A stretch of 62,318 bases of DNA, the filler included. It is 3 parts of 3 records of this genome, joined end to end, with 100 filler letters (N's around TTAATTAATTAA, not from the genome) between each part and the next. Parts side by side here need not be neighbours in the genome. Positions count along the whole stretch, not along the records: positions 27,994 to 56,721 come from SRR31156797_681; positions 56,822 to 62,318 come from SRR31156797_721; 1 more part is not named here. One strand, written 5' to 3'. Position numbers and translations under genes: made by a program. Of this stretch, positions 47,969 to 58,509 are shown one piece after another (position 1 is the stretch's first letter; each line of letters starts with the position of its first letter). Under the pieces are notes generated by a model. The model saw only the letters and a list, made by a program, of their open reading frames with translations. It was not told where the DNA came from and did not search any database.

Positions 47969-49878
47969 TATCTTATCTCGCAGCCTGGCTCAAATTCGTC
48001 ATACAATGTTGCCAGAGCGAGCTTTCCATTTTCATCCTCACCGCATAATATCATGCCTTCGCTCATTACGCCTCTTAGCTTTGCAGGCTTTAGATTGTAG
48101 ACTATGATAACTCTCTTGCCTATCATATCCTTTTCGCTGTAGTGTTCTGCAATTCCGCTGACGACGGTACGTGTTTCGCCGCCTACATCTAGTGTCAGTT
48201 TCAGGAGTTTATCGCTCTTTTTCACCTTTTCACATTCTGTAACCAGAGCATAGCGCAAGTCCAGCTTCATAAAGTCTTCGAATGTTATTTCTTCCTTTGC
48301 AGGGCGAGCTTTCTTCGTAGGTGCAAGAATTTCCAGCTCAGCCTCAATATCAAGACGTGGGAATAATGCAGGAGCTTTTTGCACAGTCATGCCGTAATCA
48401 CCAGCTCCAAATGATTTGATACTGTGTAGTGTCTGCATTTCATCAGAAATGCCGTACTGAGCAAATACCTTTGCTGGTGATTGAGTCAGGAATGGAGTAA
48501 GCATTACAGAGACTATTCTGATGCCTTCAACCAGACTATACATAACTTCTGCCAGTTCATCTCTCTTGCTTTCATCCTTTATCAATACCCAAGGCATTGT
48601 AAGGTCAATATATTTATTACATGAGCTTACTAATTCAAATACTGCTGATAATGCATTGGATAGGTGCATTGAGTCCATCTGCTTTATGTATTCTGTTACA
48701 ACTTCGTCTGATTTCGCCTTGAGAGATAGAGTATGTTCACCTATCTGCTTGCATTCTGGCACTATAGCATCAAAATATTTACTAACCATAGCAGATGTTC
48801 TGTGGACTAAGTTGCCCAAGTCATTTGCCAAATCAGTATTTATCCTGCGAAGCATTGCTTCATTTGAGAAGAGGAAGTCATTGCCAAAAGGCATTTCACG
48901 AAGCAAGAAGTATCTGACTGCATCCAGTGAATATCTGTCCACCAAAAGCTTAGGGTCAACTACATTGCCCTTTGATTTACTCATCTTACCGCTTGCCAAG
49001 ACCAGCCAGCCGTGACCTATTATCTTCTTTGGCTGAGGTACGCCTAATGCATGAAGCATGATAGGCCAGATAACGGTGTGGAAGCGTATAATGTCTTTAC
49101 CTACGAAGTGAATATCTACCGGCCAGTACTTTTGATACAGGCTGTCATCGTCACTGCCATATCCAAGAGCTGTAATATAGTTGCTTAGGGCATCAATCCA
49201 AACGTATACTACGTGCTTTTCATCAAATGACACAGGTACGCCCCATGAGAATGATGTACGTGACACACATAAATCCTCAAGTCCTGGTTCAATAAAGTTC
49301 TTTATCATTTCATTGGCACGAGACGCTGGCTCAATAAAGTCTGGATTTGACTTGATGTAATCCAGCAGCCAGTCCTGATATTTGCTCATTTTGAAGAAGT
49401 ATGCATCTTCCTTAGTTAGTTCAACTGGACGTCCGCAGTCGGGACAATTGCCGTTTACTAATTGCTTCTCTGTCCAGAATGCTTCACAGTCTGTGCAGTA
49501 CCAGCCCTCATATGACCCTAGGTAAATATCACCTTGGTCATATAGCTGCTTAAATATTTTCTGCACTACTTTTTCGTGGCGAGGCTCTGTGGTTCTGATA
49601 AAGTCATCGTTGGATATATCCATCAAATCCCATAAATCCTTTATCCAGTCTACGATATTATCGATGTACTGAATAGGCTCAAGCCCTGCTTCCTTTGCCT
49701 TTCTCTCCAGCTTCTGACCGTGTTCGTCAGTACCTGTTAGAAAGTACACATCGTAGCCTGCTAATTTCTTGTACCTTGCCATAGCGTCAGCAGCTACTGT
49801 GCAGTAGGCATTACCTATATGCAGAGTGTTGCTTGGGTAATATATTGGTGTTGTAATATAAAATGTAGGTTTGCTCAT
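47968..49878 (-). CDS. metG: methionyl-tRNA synthetase
   Basis: TTPIYY, HIGN, GTDEHG, Zn knuckle, KMSKS and a C-terminal tRNA-binding domain. ATG 49878 follows GAGG. Confidence 0.97.
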   Translation of the reverse strand: MSKPTFYITTPIYYPSNTLHIGNAYCTVAADAMARYKKLAGYDVYFLTGTDEHGQKLERKAKEAGLEPIQYIDNIVDWIKDLWDLMDISNDDFIRTTEPRHEKVVQKIFKQLYDQGDIYLGSYEGWYCTDCEAFWTEKQLVNGNCPDCGRPVELTKEDAYFFKMSKYQDWLLDYIKSNPDFIEPASRANEMIKNFIEPGLEDLCVSRTSFSWGVPVSFDEKHVVYVWIDALSNYITALGYGSDDDSLYQKYWPVDIHFVGKDIIRFHTVIWPIMLHALGVPQPKKIIGHGWLVLASGKMSKSKGNVVDPKLLVDRYSLDAVRYFLLREMPFGNDFLFSNEAMLRRINTDLANDLGNLVHRTSAMVSKYFDAIVPECKQIGEHTLSLKAKSDEVVTEYIKQMDSMHLSNALSAVFELVSSCNKYIDLTMPWVLIKDESKRDELAEVMYSLVEGIRIVSVMLTPFLTQSPAKVFAQYGISDEMQTLHSIKSFGAGDYGMTVQKAPALFPRLDIEAELEILAPTKKARPAKEEITFEDFMKLDLRYALVTECEKVKKSDKLLKLTLDVGGETRTVVSGIAEHYSEKDMIGKRVIIVYNLKPAKLRGVMSEGMILCGEDENGKLALATLYDEFEPGCEIR

Positions 49879-49899
49879 AATAGTATCCTCTCTAAAAAT

Positions 49900-50163
49900 A
49901 TAAAAAACCCGCCCTAACAAAGGGACGAGTTATCGCGTTACCACCCTATTTAGCCGCAAAATGCGACTCACTTAATCCTATACTGCGAATTATCGCAAGA
50001 TAGTAAGAATATAACGTATTCTTAATCGTCAATTGCTTAGGTTTTCCCTCACAATGCTGCTCTTGGAGCCATCTTCATCAAAAATCCATTATACAGCTTT
50101 CACCAAGTATGCTGATTCTCTTTAATAATAGATAAATTGACTACTCTTTCCAGTCATTGCATT
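49900..50163 (-). ncRNA. T-box leader with Met (AUG) specifier
   Basis: Minus strand shows AGAGA and GGTG boxes, GAAG-ATG-GC specifier (50070-50072), T-box AGGGTGGTAACGCG and terminator ACTCGTCCCT..AGGGCGGGT-TTTTT. Confidence 0.93.
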
Positions 50164-50170
50164 TATGTGG

Positions 50171-50199
50171 ATTATAAAAGATATTTTACGTTTTGTCAA
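50171..50199 (-). promoter_or_regulatory. consensus sigmaA promoter for T-box-metG
   Basis: TTGACA-17 nt-TATAAT on the minus strand. Confidence 0.88.
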
Positions 50200-50420
50200 C
50201 GGGGGATGATGTAATGTATTTATTAAGATTTTCATAGAATTGTGGATAAATATTTGATTTGAATATATGAAGCTATAGCGTAAGTATCTTTTCAAGAAAA
50301 ATGATAGTATTAAAATATTACAAAGTAAATCCTATAAAAATGCAGAATGTAAATAACTTGCAGTATTGAGCATTGAGATATATAATATTTCTAGTAGCAA
50401 CATTTAGGAGGGAATACGTT

Positions 50421-51389
50421 ATGATAGACCCAGTAGCGTTTACAATAAATATTGGTTCGTTTTCAAAGGATGTATATTGGTATGGAATTATTATTGCATC
50501 AGGTATGCTGTTGGCAATGATGCTTGCGATGAGGAATGCCAAAAAGCTGGGATATGACCCGGATATGATACTGGACTTTTCTATATTTTTAATTTTATTT
50601 TCTGTAATTGGTGCAAGAGTGCACTACGTAATCTGGTGCTGGGATTCGTATAAAGATGGTTCTATATTGAAAATCTTCGCAATCTGGGAGGGCGGTCTTG
50701 CAATATTCGGCGGAATACTTACAGGACTGTTGGTTGCATTGATTTATTCCAGAATAAAAAATGTCTCGTTAAAAGCACTTCTTGATATAACCGCACCATC
50801 ATTGATACTAGCACAGTCAATTGGCAGATGGGGTAACTTTGTTAATCAGGAAGCGTACGGCTATCAGATAGTTAAAGAAAAATTCATGCATTTTCCTATT
50901 GCAGTGTTTATTCAGGAGACAGGCAATTACCACATGGCGACGTTCTTCTATGAGAGCATGTGGAATCTTTTAGGCTTTATCATTATGATGATATATATGG
51001 GACGCTCCAGGAAAAAAGAAGGCAGACTGTTCTATATGTATCTTGTTATCTACGGCTTTGGCAGAATGATAATTGAAGGAATGAGAATGGATTCACAAAT
51101 GTTGTTTGATACCAATGTTCGTGTAAATCAGTTAATTGCATTTGTAATTTTTGTAATTGGTATAGTACTTTTCTTGTTTAGCAGAAATGCAAACGAGTAT
51201 CAGGTGATAGATGAAGATGAAATAGAAAATAAAGAGGAAATAAAGCAAAACGCAAAAGAGGAAAGACAGCGCAGCAGATTGGTTAAAAAGAACAAAATAG
51301 AGGATTTGACAAAGGAAACTGTTGTAGATGAATACAAGTCTGTAACGGAAGAAATGCGAAAACAGCGAGAACGTGATAGAAATAATTAA
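50421..51389 (+). CDS. lgt: prolipoprotein diacylglyceryl transferase
   Basis: WYG, IGAR, WEGGLAIFGG, QSIGRWGNFVNQE and FYES. AGGAGG RBS. Confidence 0.95.
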   Translation: MIDPVAFTINIGSFSKDVYWYGIIIASGMLLAMMLAMRNAKKLGYDPDMILDFSIFLILFSVIGARVHYVIWCWDSYKDGSILKIFAIWEGGLAIFGGILTGLLVALIYSRIKNVSLKALLDITAPSLILAQSIGRWGNFVNQEAYGYQIVKEKFMHFPIAVFIQETGNYHMATFFYESMWNLLGFIIMMIYMGRSRKKEGRLFYMYLVIYGFGRMIIEGMRMDSQMLFDTNVRVNQLIAFVIFVIGIVLFLFSRNANEYQVIDEDEIENKEEIKQNAKEERQRSRLVKKNKIEDLTKETVVDEYKSVTEEMRKQRERDRNN

Positions 51390-51425
51390 TATAATTGGGA
51401 ATGCCCGGAAAGAGAGAAATTATCT

Positions 51426-51989
51426 ATGAAAAGAAGAATGAACAGTAAGGTAAAGAAACCTATATGGGCGGTTTTATTGGTGGTTGTAGGAACACTAATG
51501 CTTCTGTCTACACTTGATGTTATCAAAATCGAAGACAATAATCTCTATATTTATATCGGACTGGCTGTTATCGGTGTTATATTTCATGTATCATGCTTTT
51601 TCAACAAACCGCCGAAATACCAGCTATTGGTGCCTGGAGGAATACTCATTACTATGGCGGCATTCTTTATTGTCTGTGCACTATCAGAGAATCTGGAAGC
51701 TACTGATTTATGGCCTGTAATTATTCTCTGTGTGGCATTTGGTATGCTGGAGCAGAAGGTGTTCAGCAAAGGAGCACAGGGGAGCTGGGTATCAATACTA
51801 ATGCTTGCATTAGTGGGGGTATTCTTCCTGATTCAGGAGAACTTAGGATTCGGTGTGGCAGTCAGCATTGCGTTAATAGTAATTGGTATTGCAATGTTTA
51901 TTACCAGTCTAAAGGGCGGTTTTTTTCCTAAAAAGGTGAAGAGTGAAAATACAAAAAGTCAATATGAATTAGATGATGACGAATTATAA
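51426..51989 (+). CDS. hypothetical polytopic membrane protein (LiaF/LiaI-like TMs)
   Basis: About 6 TMs with LLVPGGIL and LWPVIIL. Confidence 0.65.
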   Translation: MKRRMNSKVKKPIWAVLLVVVGTLMLLSTLDVIKIEDNNLYIYIGLAVIGVIFHVSCFFNKPPKYQLLVPGGILITMAAFFIVCALSENLEATDLWPVIILCVAFGMLEQKVFSKGAQGSWVSILMLALVGVFFLIQENLGFGVAVSIALIVIGIAMFITSLKGGFFPKKVKSENTKSQYELDDDEL

Positions 51990-52012
51990 TGATATTTAAT
52001 GAGAATTCACGG

Positions 52013-52038
52013 AGGGCTTTGCATAAAGCCCTTTTTTT
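52013..52038 (+). terminator. intrinsic terminator
   Basis: AGGGCTTT-GCAT-AAAGCCCT-TTTTTT. Confidence 0.8.
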
Positions 52039-52070
52039 ATCAATACATTACATACAATAAGGAGATGAAA

Positions 52071-53507
52071 ATGGAAAAATTAAGAAATCTGACAATGCTG
52101 ACTGACCTTTATGAGCTTACAATGAGCTATGGATATTACAAGCACAGTATGCATGAAGAAGAAGCAATATTTGATATGTTCTTCAGAAAAAGCGTTGGGA
52201 AAAGTGCGTATGCGCTGGTAGCCGGTCTGGAGCAGGTTATTGATTATATTGATAATTTGGGTTTTGAAGATAAGGATATTGAATATCTTCGCAGTCTGAA
52301 TCTGTTTGATGAAGACTTCCTTGGATTTCTATCAGAGCTGGAATTTACTGGAGAAATTTATGCAATGAGAGAGGGAGAAGTAGCCTTCTCAGGGGAACCC
52401 CTACTGAGAGTAAAAGCTCCGATTATTCAGGCACAGTTAATAGAAACTGCCATACTAAATATTATCAACCATCAGACACTTATCGCTACCAAAGCTTCCA
52501 GAGTCGTTTATGCTGCACAAGGTGATGGGATACTGGAATTTGGTCTACGTCGTGCACAGGGACCAGATGCAGGTATCTATGGGGCTAGAGCAGCAATAAT
52601 CGGAGGATGTATTGGTACGTCCAATGTTATGACCGGTCAGATGTTTGATATCTCTGTAAAAGGCACACATGCTCATTCATGGGTAATGAGCTTTGATGAT
52701 GAACTGACAGCTTTCAGAGCCTATGCTGAAACTTTTCCGGATGCATGTTTACTGCTGGTAGATACATACGATACATTGCGTGAGGGTGTACCAAATGCCA
52801 TTACTGTATTTAAGGAATTAAGAGAAGCTGGGCACAAGCCAATAGGTATCAGGCTGGATTCTGGTGACTTAGCATATCTGTCAAAGAAGGCAAGAATAAT
52901 GCTGGACGAGGCAGGATTTACAGATGTAAAGATATTTGCATCAAATGATTTGGATGAGCATATTATCTGGGACTTAAAGGCGCAGGGGGCAAAGATAGAT
53001 GTCTGGGGAGTAGGTACATCAATGATTACCTCTAAGGACAATCCAGCACTAGGAGGCGTTTACAAGCTGGCAGCACAGACTGAAGGGGATAAGATTATAC
53101 CTAAGATTAAGATAAGTGATAATCCAGTAAAAATAACAACACCAGGATACAAGAAGATATACAGGCTCTATGACAAGAAAAATGATATGGCATTTGCTGA
53201 CCTTATTACTCTTGAAGATGAGCAGGTTGATGAGACTAAGCCACTGGTTATCTTTGACCCTAATGCTACATGGAAGAAAATGACCATAACCAATTTCTAC
53301 ACTAGAGAGCTTTTGGTACCTATATTTATTGACGGAAAGAGAGTGTATGACTGTCCTCAACTAAATGACATTAAGGAATATGCTGCACAGGGATTATCCA
53401 CAATGTGGGCAGAGTTTAAGAGACTAAATAATCCTCATGTTTACAAGGTTGACCTATCACAGAAACTATATGATTTGAAGCAGGAGCTGCTGAACAGGGA
53501 ATATTAA
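52071..53507 (+). CDS. pncB: nicotinate phosphoribosyltransferase
   Basis: LTDLYELTM, EFGLRRAQG, GTHAHS, LVDTY, RLDSGDL and GGVYKL. Confidence 0.95.
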   Translation: MEKLRNLTMLTDLYELTMSYGYYKHSMHEEEAIFDMFFRKSVGKSAYALVAGLEQVIDYIDNLGFEDKDIEYLRSLNLFDEDFLGFLSELEFTGEIYAMREGEVAFSGEPLLRVKAPIIQAQLIETAILNIINHQTLIATKASRVVYAAQGDGILEFGLRRAQGPDAGIYGARAAIIGGCIGTSNVMTGQMFDISVKGTHAHSWVMSFDDELTAFRAYAETFPDACLLLVDTYDTLREGVPNAITVFKELREAGHKPIGIRLDSGDLAYLSKKARIMLDEAGFTDVKIFASNDLDEHIIWDLKAQGAKIDVWGVGTSMITSKDNPALGGVYKLAAQTEGDKIIPKIKISDNPVKITTPGYKKIYRLYDKKNDMAFADLITLEDEQVDETKPLVIFDPNATWKKMTITNFYTRELLVPIFIDGKRVYDCPQLNDIKEYAAQGLSTMWAEFKRLNNPHVYKVDLSQKLYDLKQELLNREY

Positions 53508-53533
53508 TGACTAAATACTATTGAGAGTATTTG

Positions 53534-53562
53534 AAAGCACTGTTTTGATTAACAGTGCTTTT
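53534..53562. terminator. bidirectional terminator between convergent genes
   Basis: AAAGCACTGTT-TTGATT-AACAGTGCTTT. Confidence 0.75.
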
Positions 53563-53592
53563 GTGTATACGATTTTGGTAATACTTAAAAAA

Positions 53593-54291
53593 TCAATCTT
53601 TTATCCTAAGCAAAGCGATGCTCATTATAATCCACCAGACTATCCAGAATATACCGGCAATTATCAGCATTGGAGTGGCTAGGTTAGGAATCATCAAAAC
53701 AAATATATCATCAATTAATGTAAGTATAAATCCAGCAATACCTACAATGCCTGCGATTTTTGGCATTTTATCTGATTTCAGCATTACAAAAGACAGCAAA
53801 AGCACCGCACATGATACAATGAAAAATCCTGCTGTTTGTATAGTGGGTATTCCAATTACGCTCAGAGCTTTGGCGGCAGCTCCAATCTGCGCTAATTCAG
53901 CTTCTGATGCTGCATTTAGATATTCTTCGGATAAAATTGTAAAAGATAGGAGCAATGTTCTTGGAACGATAAACACACTAATTCCCAAGAATGCAAATGG
54001 CTGTGCAATTGCCGTTAATGCCTTGCTGTCATCTCTTAATCTGATACATACAGCCACAAACATTATACCCAGCACACCTATGGAGATGATATCCAATGAA
54101 TTTAGATAAAATAATCCTAAAAGTTTGGAACGATTGAATAAAGCGAACCATTCCTCAATGCTTTCTGGATACATATCCCATGAAATAAACATAAATTGAG
54201 ACAGGTAGAGACACATAGTGATAATTGGAGCAATGCCTCCTAGCTTGTACAGCAGTCTGTATTCGTTTTTTGATGTATTCGATAGTGACAT
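53593..54291 (-). CDS. DUF4386-like membrane protein
   Basis: Six to seven TMs with LYKLGGIA, EWFALF and LSEEY. AAGGAG RBS. Confidence 0.65.
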   Translation of the reverse strand: MSLSNTSKNEYRLLYKLGGIAPIITMCLYLSQFMFISWDMYPESIEEWFALFNRSKLLGLFYLNSLDIISIGVLGIMFVAVCIRLRDDSKALTAIAQPFAFLGISVFIVPRTLLLSFTILSEEYLNAASEAELAQIGAAAKALSVIGIPTIQTAGFFIVSCAVLLLSFVMLKSDKMPKIAGIVGIAGFILTLIDDIFVLMIPNLATPMLIIAGIFWIVWWIIMSIALLRIKD

Positions 54292-54484
54292 TTTTCACTC
54301 CTTAGCCTTTTTATGCCAAATATTATAACATTGGCAGATTAAGATGGTGTTAAGAGAGCTAGGTTTTGCACAAGAATTTCGTTTAAAAGTACTAGTCACT
54401 TAAGATTGGTTAAAAAAGCGTTACAAAAAGAAACGGACCAATCATTACGACTAGTCCGCTTCTCTCCTTCTTATAAACTATATG

Positions 54485-56671
54485 CTAAGCCTTTTTCTTC
54501 TTTGCCTTATATTTCTTATTTTTATTTTGTTTTCTGTTATCCTGAACTTTGTGAACCCAGACCCAGAAAGGTGCGGCGATAAAGATGGATGAATATGTAC
54601 CGCTTAGAACACCTACGATTAGCGGCAATGCAAATTCTTTGATGGAAGTAACACCAAGTACATACAGAGCTGTTATGGTAAAGAGCGTGGTTATTGATGT
54701 ATTCAATGAACGTACGATGGTATCGCTGATTGATTTGTCAACCAATTCTCTTCTGGACATGCTTCTGCCCAGCTTCTTCTGATTCTCACGAATTCTGTCA
54801 AATACAACGATAGTATCGTTTATGGAGTAACCAACTATAGTCAGTATTGCAGCGATAAACGCTGAGTTGATTTGCACCTGCAGGATAAGCACAACAGCAA
54901 CCATAATAGCTACGTCGTGCAGCAGTGCAACTAGTGCTGCAAAGCCTGATAGTAATTCAAATCTAAACCAGATATAAGCCAGCATAAATACACATGCAAT
55001 TAAAACTGACATGAACGCATTAGTTGTCAGCTCCTTACCAGCTATTGCACCAACTCTGTCTTGTGATTCAATGCTTGCATTAGGATATGTCTCCTGAACA
55101 TCCTCCAGTATACTCTGACGAACTAAATTCTGTGCTTCAGCATCTTCGTCTCTGTCCTGTAGCTTAATAACTGCCTTAGTATTCTCTGATATTGCAACGG
55201 AACTATCATCAGCGTACTCATCAACGACTGTTTCGATTGCAGCGACATCAAATTCTTCTGCAACATCTATTGTCAGGATTGTACCTCCTGTAAAATCAAC
55301 ACCTAAGTTTAATCCTGAAATAACAAGAATGACTAAACCTGCTGCGATAATAATCCCTGATATAGAGCCGAAGATTTTTGAATTCTTCATTACTTTGATA
55401 TTTCTGATTGCAGGAGTCTTGTCCGGATCGCTGCCAGCAAAATAAAGCTTTGGATTTCTTACCTTTAGAGCGATTAAGCAGCGAAGCAGGAATCTGGTAA
55501 CAACGATTGCAGTGAACATTGATGCGATGATACCAATTGCCAGTGTGTAGGCAAAGCCTTTAATCTGACCAGTACCAAAGTACATCAGCACGAATGCAGC
55601 TATTAGAGTTGTTACGTTTGCATCTATGATGGTAAGGAATGCTTTGTTAAAGCCGCCGTCAACAGCAGAGCGCATTGTCTTGCCCGACTTTAATTCTTCC
55701 TTGATTCTTTCAAATATAATTACGTTTGCGTCAACTGCCATACCTATACCAAGTATAATACCAGCAATACCTGGAAGAGTTAGCTGAACGCCGAAGACTG
55801 CGATTATGTAAATTACAAGCAGTGAATAGACTGTTAAAGCAATGTCAGCAACTATACCAGCTAAACGATAGAACAATATCAAAAATATTGCCAGTGCAAA
55901 AATACCGATTAATCCAGCTTTGATACTGGAATTTAATGCATTAACACCAAGTGTAGCTGAGATTGTTTTTGCCTGGATTTGTTCTAGCTCAATTGGCAGA
56001 GCACCAGATTCAATTAGCATTGCTAATTCTTTAGCATCCTCTATATCGCCAATACCCTCGATATATCCTTCACCGCCTAAGATTGCTGAATTAACCGTTG
56101 GGTCAGAGATTACACTACCGTCCAGACGGATTTCGATTTTCTCTCCGATGAATTTGCTGGTAGCATCTGCGAATGCATCTGCTCCCTCTGATTTTAGCTC
56201 AAACCTTACAACAGCCTGATTACCTGAACCGTCAAGATAAGCAGCTTTTGCATAGCTGATATCCTCACCCTCCATGATTACAACATCATCAGGACCGACA
56301 AATTCCAGCAAGGCTGGCTTGCCTATGATATCAAGTATTGCATTTGGATCGTCAACTTCAGGGATTTCAACACGAATTCTATTATTACCCTCACGAGCAA
56401 TAGTTGCCTCTGTGTAGCCCTGACCGTCCAAACGAGCACGGAGTATGTCAATAGTGGTGGACATCTTTGTATCGAATTCTTCAATATCAGTATTTTGTGC
56501 CTGATAAAGTGCGTAAACACCGCCTCGAAGATCAAGTCCTTGCTGTATAGCTTCTGTTAATGGCTTTACGTCGTATTTGCCGATTGGCAATCCGTTAATA
56601 CCTACGTAAGCAAATGAAGCTGTTAATAATAGTATTATAAGAATGGATATAACACTTTTCGTTTTAGTCAT
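54485..56671 (-). CDS. secDF: protein translocase subunit SecDF (fused)
   Basis: GLDLRGG, GMAVDANVIIFERIKEE, GVDFTGG and GYSINDTIVVFDRIRE. GGAGGT RBS before ATG 56671. Confidence 0.96.
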   Translation of the reverse strand: MTKTKSVISILIILLLTASFAYVGINGLPIGKYDVKPLTEAIQQGLDLRGGVYALYQAQNTDIEEFDTKMSTTIDILRARLDGQGYTEATIAREGNNRIRVEIPEVDDPNAILDIIGKPALLEFVGPDDVVIMEGEDISYAKAAYLDGSGNQAVVRFELKSEGADAFADATSKFIGEKIEIRLDGSVISDPTVNSAILGGEGYIEGIGDIEDAKELAMLIESGALPIELEQIQAKTISATLGVNALNSSIKAGLIGIFALAIFLILFYRLAGIVADIALTVYSLLVIYIIAVFGVQLTLPGIAGIILGIGMAVDANVIIFERIKEELKSGKTMRSAVDGGFNKAFLTIIDANVTTLIAAFVLMYFGTGQIKGFAYTLAIGIIASMFTAIVVTRFLLRCLIALKVRNPKLYFAGSDPDKTPAIRNIKVMKNSKIFGSISGIIIAAGLVILVISGLNLGVDFTGGTILTIDVAEEFDVAAIETVVDEYADDSSVAISENTKAVIKLQDRDEDAEAQNLVRQSILEDVQETYPNASIESQDRVGAIAGKELTTNAFMSVLIACVFMLAYIWFRFELLSGFAALVALLHDVAIMVAVVLILQVQINSAFIAAILTIVGYSINDTIVVFDRIRENQKKLGRSMSRRELVDKSISDTIVRSLNTSITTLFTITALYVLGVTSIKEFALPLIVGVLSGTYSSIFIAAPFWVWVHKVQDNRKQNKNKKYKAKKKKA

Positions 56672-56721
56672 TTGTTTTACCTCCAAAAGATGACTTACTG
56701 AACTATTATACTAGGTTGAAA

Positions 56722-56821
56722 NNNNNNNNNNNNNNNNNNNNNNNNNNNNNNNNNNNNNNNNNNNNTTAATTAATTAANNNNNNNNNNNNNNNNNNNNNNN
56801 NNNNNNNNNNNNNNNNNNNNN
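56722..56821. other. artificial contig-join spacer
   Basis: 44 N + TTAATTAATTAA + 44 N. Confidence 0.99.
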
Positions 56822-56822
56822 A

Positions 56823-58040
56823 AGCCACGAAATAGGGCAATGGTGTGTTTATCCGAATTTTAAGGAGATTGAAAAATATACCGGCCCGTTGAAAGCTAAA
56901 AATTTAGAGCTGTTCCGCGAAAGTTTGACGGCAAATCATATGGGCGAATTGGCTGAAGACTTTTTAATGGCATCGGGGAAATTACAGGCACTTTGTTATA
57001 AAGCTGATATTGAAGCTGCACTGCGTACTCCAAAATTTGGAGGTTTCCAATTGCTCGACTTGCACGATTTCCCGGGACAAGGGACAGCGTTGGTTGGTGT
57101 GCTCGATCCGTTTTGGGAAGAAAAAGGCTACATCTCGCCAGAAGAATATAAGAGATTTTGCAACTCAACGGTTCCGCTTGCCAGGCTTGAAAAACGAATT
57201 TTTTGCGAAGGCGAAATTATGACTGCAAATATTGAAGTTGCACATTTTGGAGCTGAACCAATAAATGTAAATCCGGCATGGAAAATTATTCAGAATACAA
57301 AAGTAATTGCAGAAGGAACTCTTGGGCAACAAGAGGTCTCAATAGGAAATGCCATAAAATTGGGTGATGTGGTTTACCAGTTCAAGAAAGAGAATAAACC
57401 ACGAAAAATGACATTGGAAGTGGCTGTTGATTCCTTCGTGAATGCTTGGGATATTTGGGTTTATCCTGAAGAGCAAGCAGAAAAATCGGATGACATAAAA
57501 GTGGTGCAAAAATTAACCGCATCAACCGTAAAATACCTCGAAAATGGTGGAAAAGTATTGTTAAGCCTCGGTAAAGGTAAAGTCGCTTCGGAGATGGGCG
57601 GTGATATTGGCGTTGGTTTCTCCAGCATTTTTTGGAACACAGCCTGGACCGACGGACAAAAACCGCACACCCTTGGAATTCTTTGCGATCCAAAACATCC
57701 GGCACTGGCAAAATTCCCTACCGAATACCACAGCAACTGGCAATGGTGGGATGCAATGAGTCATTGCGATGCGATTAAATTAAACGACTTCCCGGCAGAA
57801 TTAAAACCTGTAGTTCGTATTATCGACGACTGGGTTACTAACCGCCGTTTGGCATTGCTGGTTGAGATAAAAGTTGGCAAAGGAAAAATTCTGATTAGTG
57901 GAACTGATTTGGTAAACGATTTAGATTCGAGGTTGGAGGCGCAACAATTAAAAACCAGCTTGTTGAGTTATATGGAAACCGATGAGTTTAAACCAGATGT
58001 AGATCTGGCTGTGAAAGATATTCAAAAGATTATGAAATAG
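56823..58040 (+). CDS. glycoside hydrolase family 2 protein, 5'-truncated by contig edge
   Basis: Frame is open from the contig edge: SHEIGQW, GFQLLDLHDFPGQGTALVG and FSSIFWN. Confidence 0.8.
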   Translation, partial: SHEIGQWCVYPNFKEIEKYTGPLKAKNLELFRESLTANHMGELAEDFLMASGKLQALCYKADIEAALRTPKFGGFQLLDLHDFPGQGTALVGVLDPFWEEKGYISPEEYKRFCNSTVPLARLEKRIFCEGEIMTANIEVAHFGAEPINVNPAWKIIQNTKVIAEGTLGQQEVSIGNAIKLGDVVYQFKKENKPRKMTLEVAVDSFVNAWDIWVYPEEQAEKSDDIKVVQKLTASTVKYLENGGKVLLSLGKGKVASEMGGDIGVGFSSIFWNTAWTDGQKPHTLGILCDPKHPALAKFPTEYHSNWQWWDAMSHCDAIKLNDFPAELKPVVRIIDDWVTNRRLALLVEIKVGKGKILISGTDLVNDLDSRLEAQQLKTSLLSYMETDEFKPDVDLAVKDIQKIMK

Positions 58041-58149
58041 ATTGTCAATACAGTTCGACTAACTGCCGAACAGGCAAGAACTCTCTGTGACAGTCAGGTA
58101 GAGCGGTGTTTCCGTCTGACAATCAATAGTTTTAAGTGATAATTCGTTT

Positions 58150-58229
58150 GATGCTGTCAGGTTCTACTTGGATCAAACGGGATGCAAGTGCGCAAGCAGG
58201 TTGTTCTCTGTACAAAACCGGACAGCGTC
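58150..58229. repeat. short element with 16-bp imperfect inverted ends
   Basis: GATGCTGTCAGGTTCT ... AAAACCGGACAGCGTC (13/16 complementary). Confidence 0.45.
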
Positions 58230-58509
58230 CATAGGTCCTGTTCGCGTTGAAATAGTAACTATTTGAGATTAGCCTGTTGCCAGCATAGAAGATTATTTAA
58301 AAGCTACCATTATAATGCACAAGATAATTGTGTAGTTGTCTTGTGCACTATGCAATTGTTTTTGTTCTATCGGTAAAAAAACTTCTCCGTCGATTCTTTT
58401 TTCATGGCATATAATAATACGCTTTCTTCGAGTTAACAATTAAAAACAACGACAACAGAAAACAGAAACATATTTCATAGGTTTAGTTTTATTAAACAAT
58501 TCAGAGAAT

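Noticed and set aside
48521..49015. Long antisense ORFs (also 11670-12083, 33072-33512, 53618-54109, 59919-60350)
   Set aside because: These are shadows of well-supported genes on the opposite strand, with no RBS or recognisable motifs.
49800..49830. HIGN instead of HIGH in MetRS
   Set aside because: This is a known natural variant of the class I signature.
50241..50249. Perfect DnaA box TGTGGATAA
   Set aside because: It is a single box with no cluster or dnaA nearby, so not an origin.
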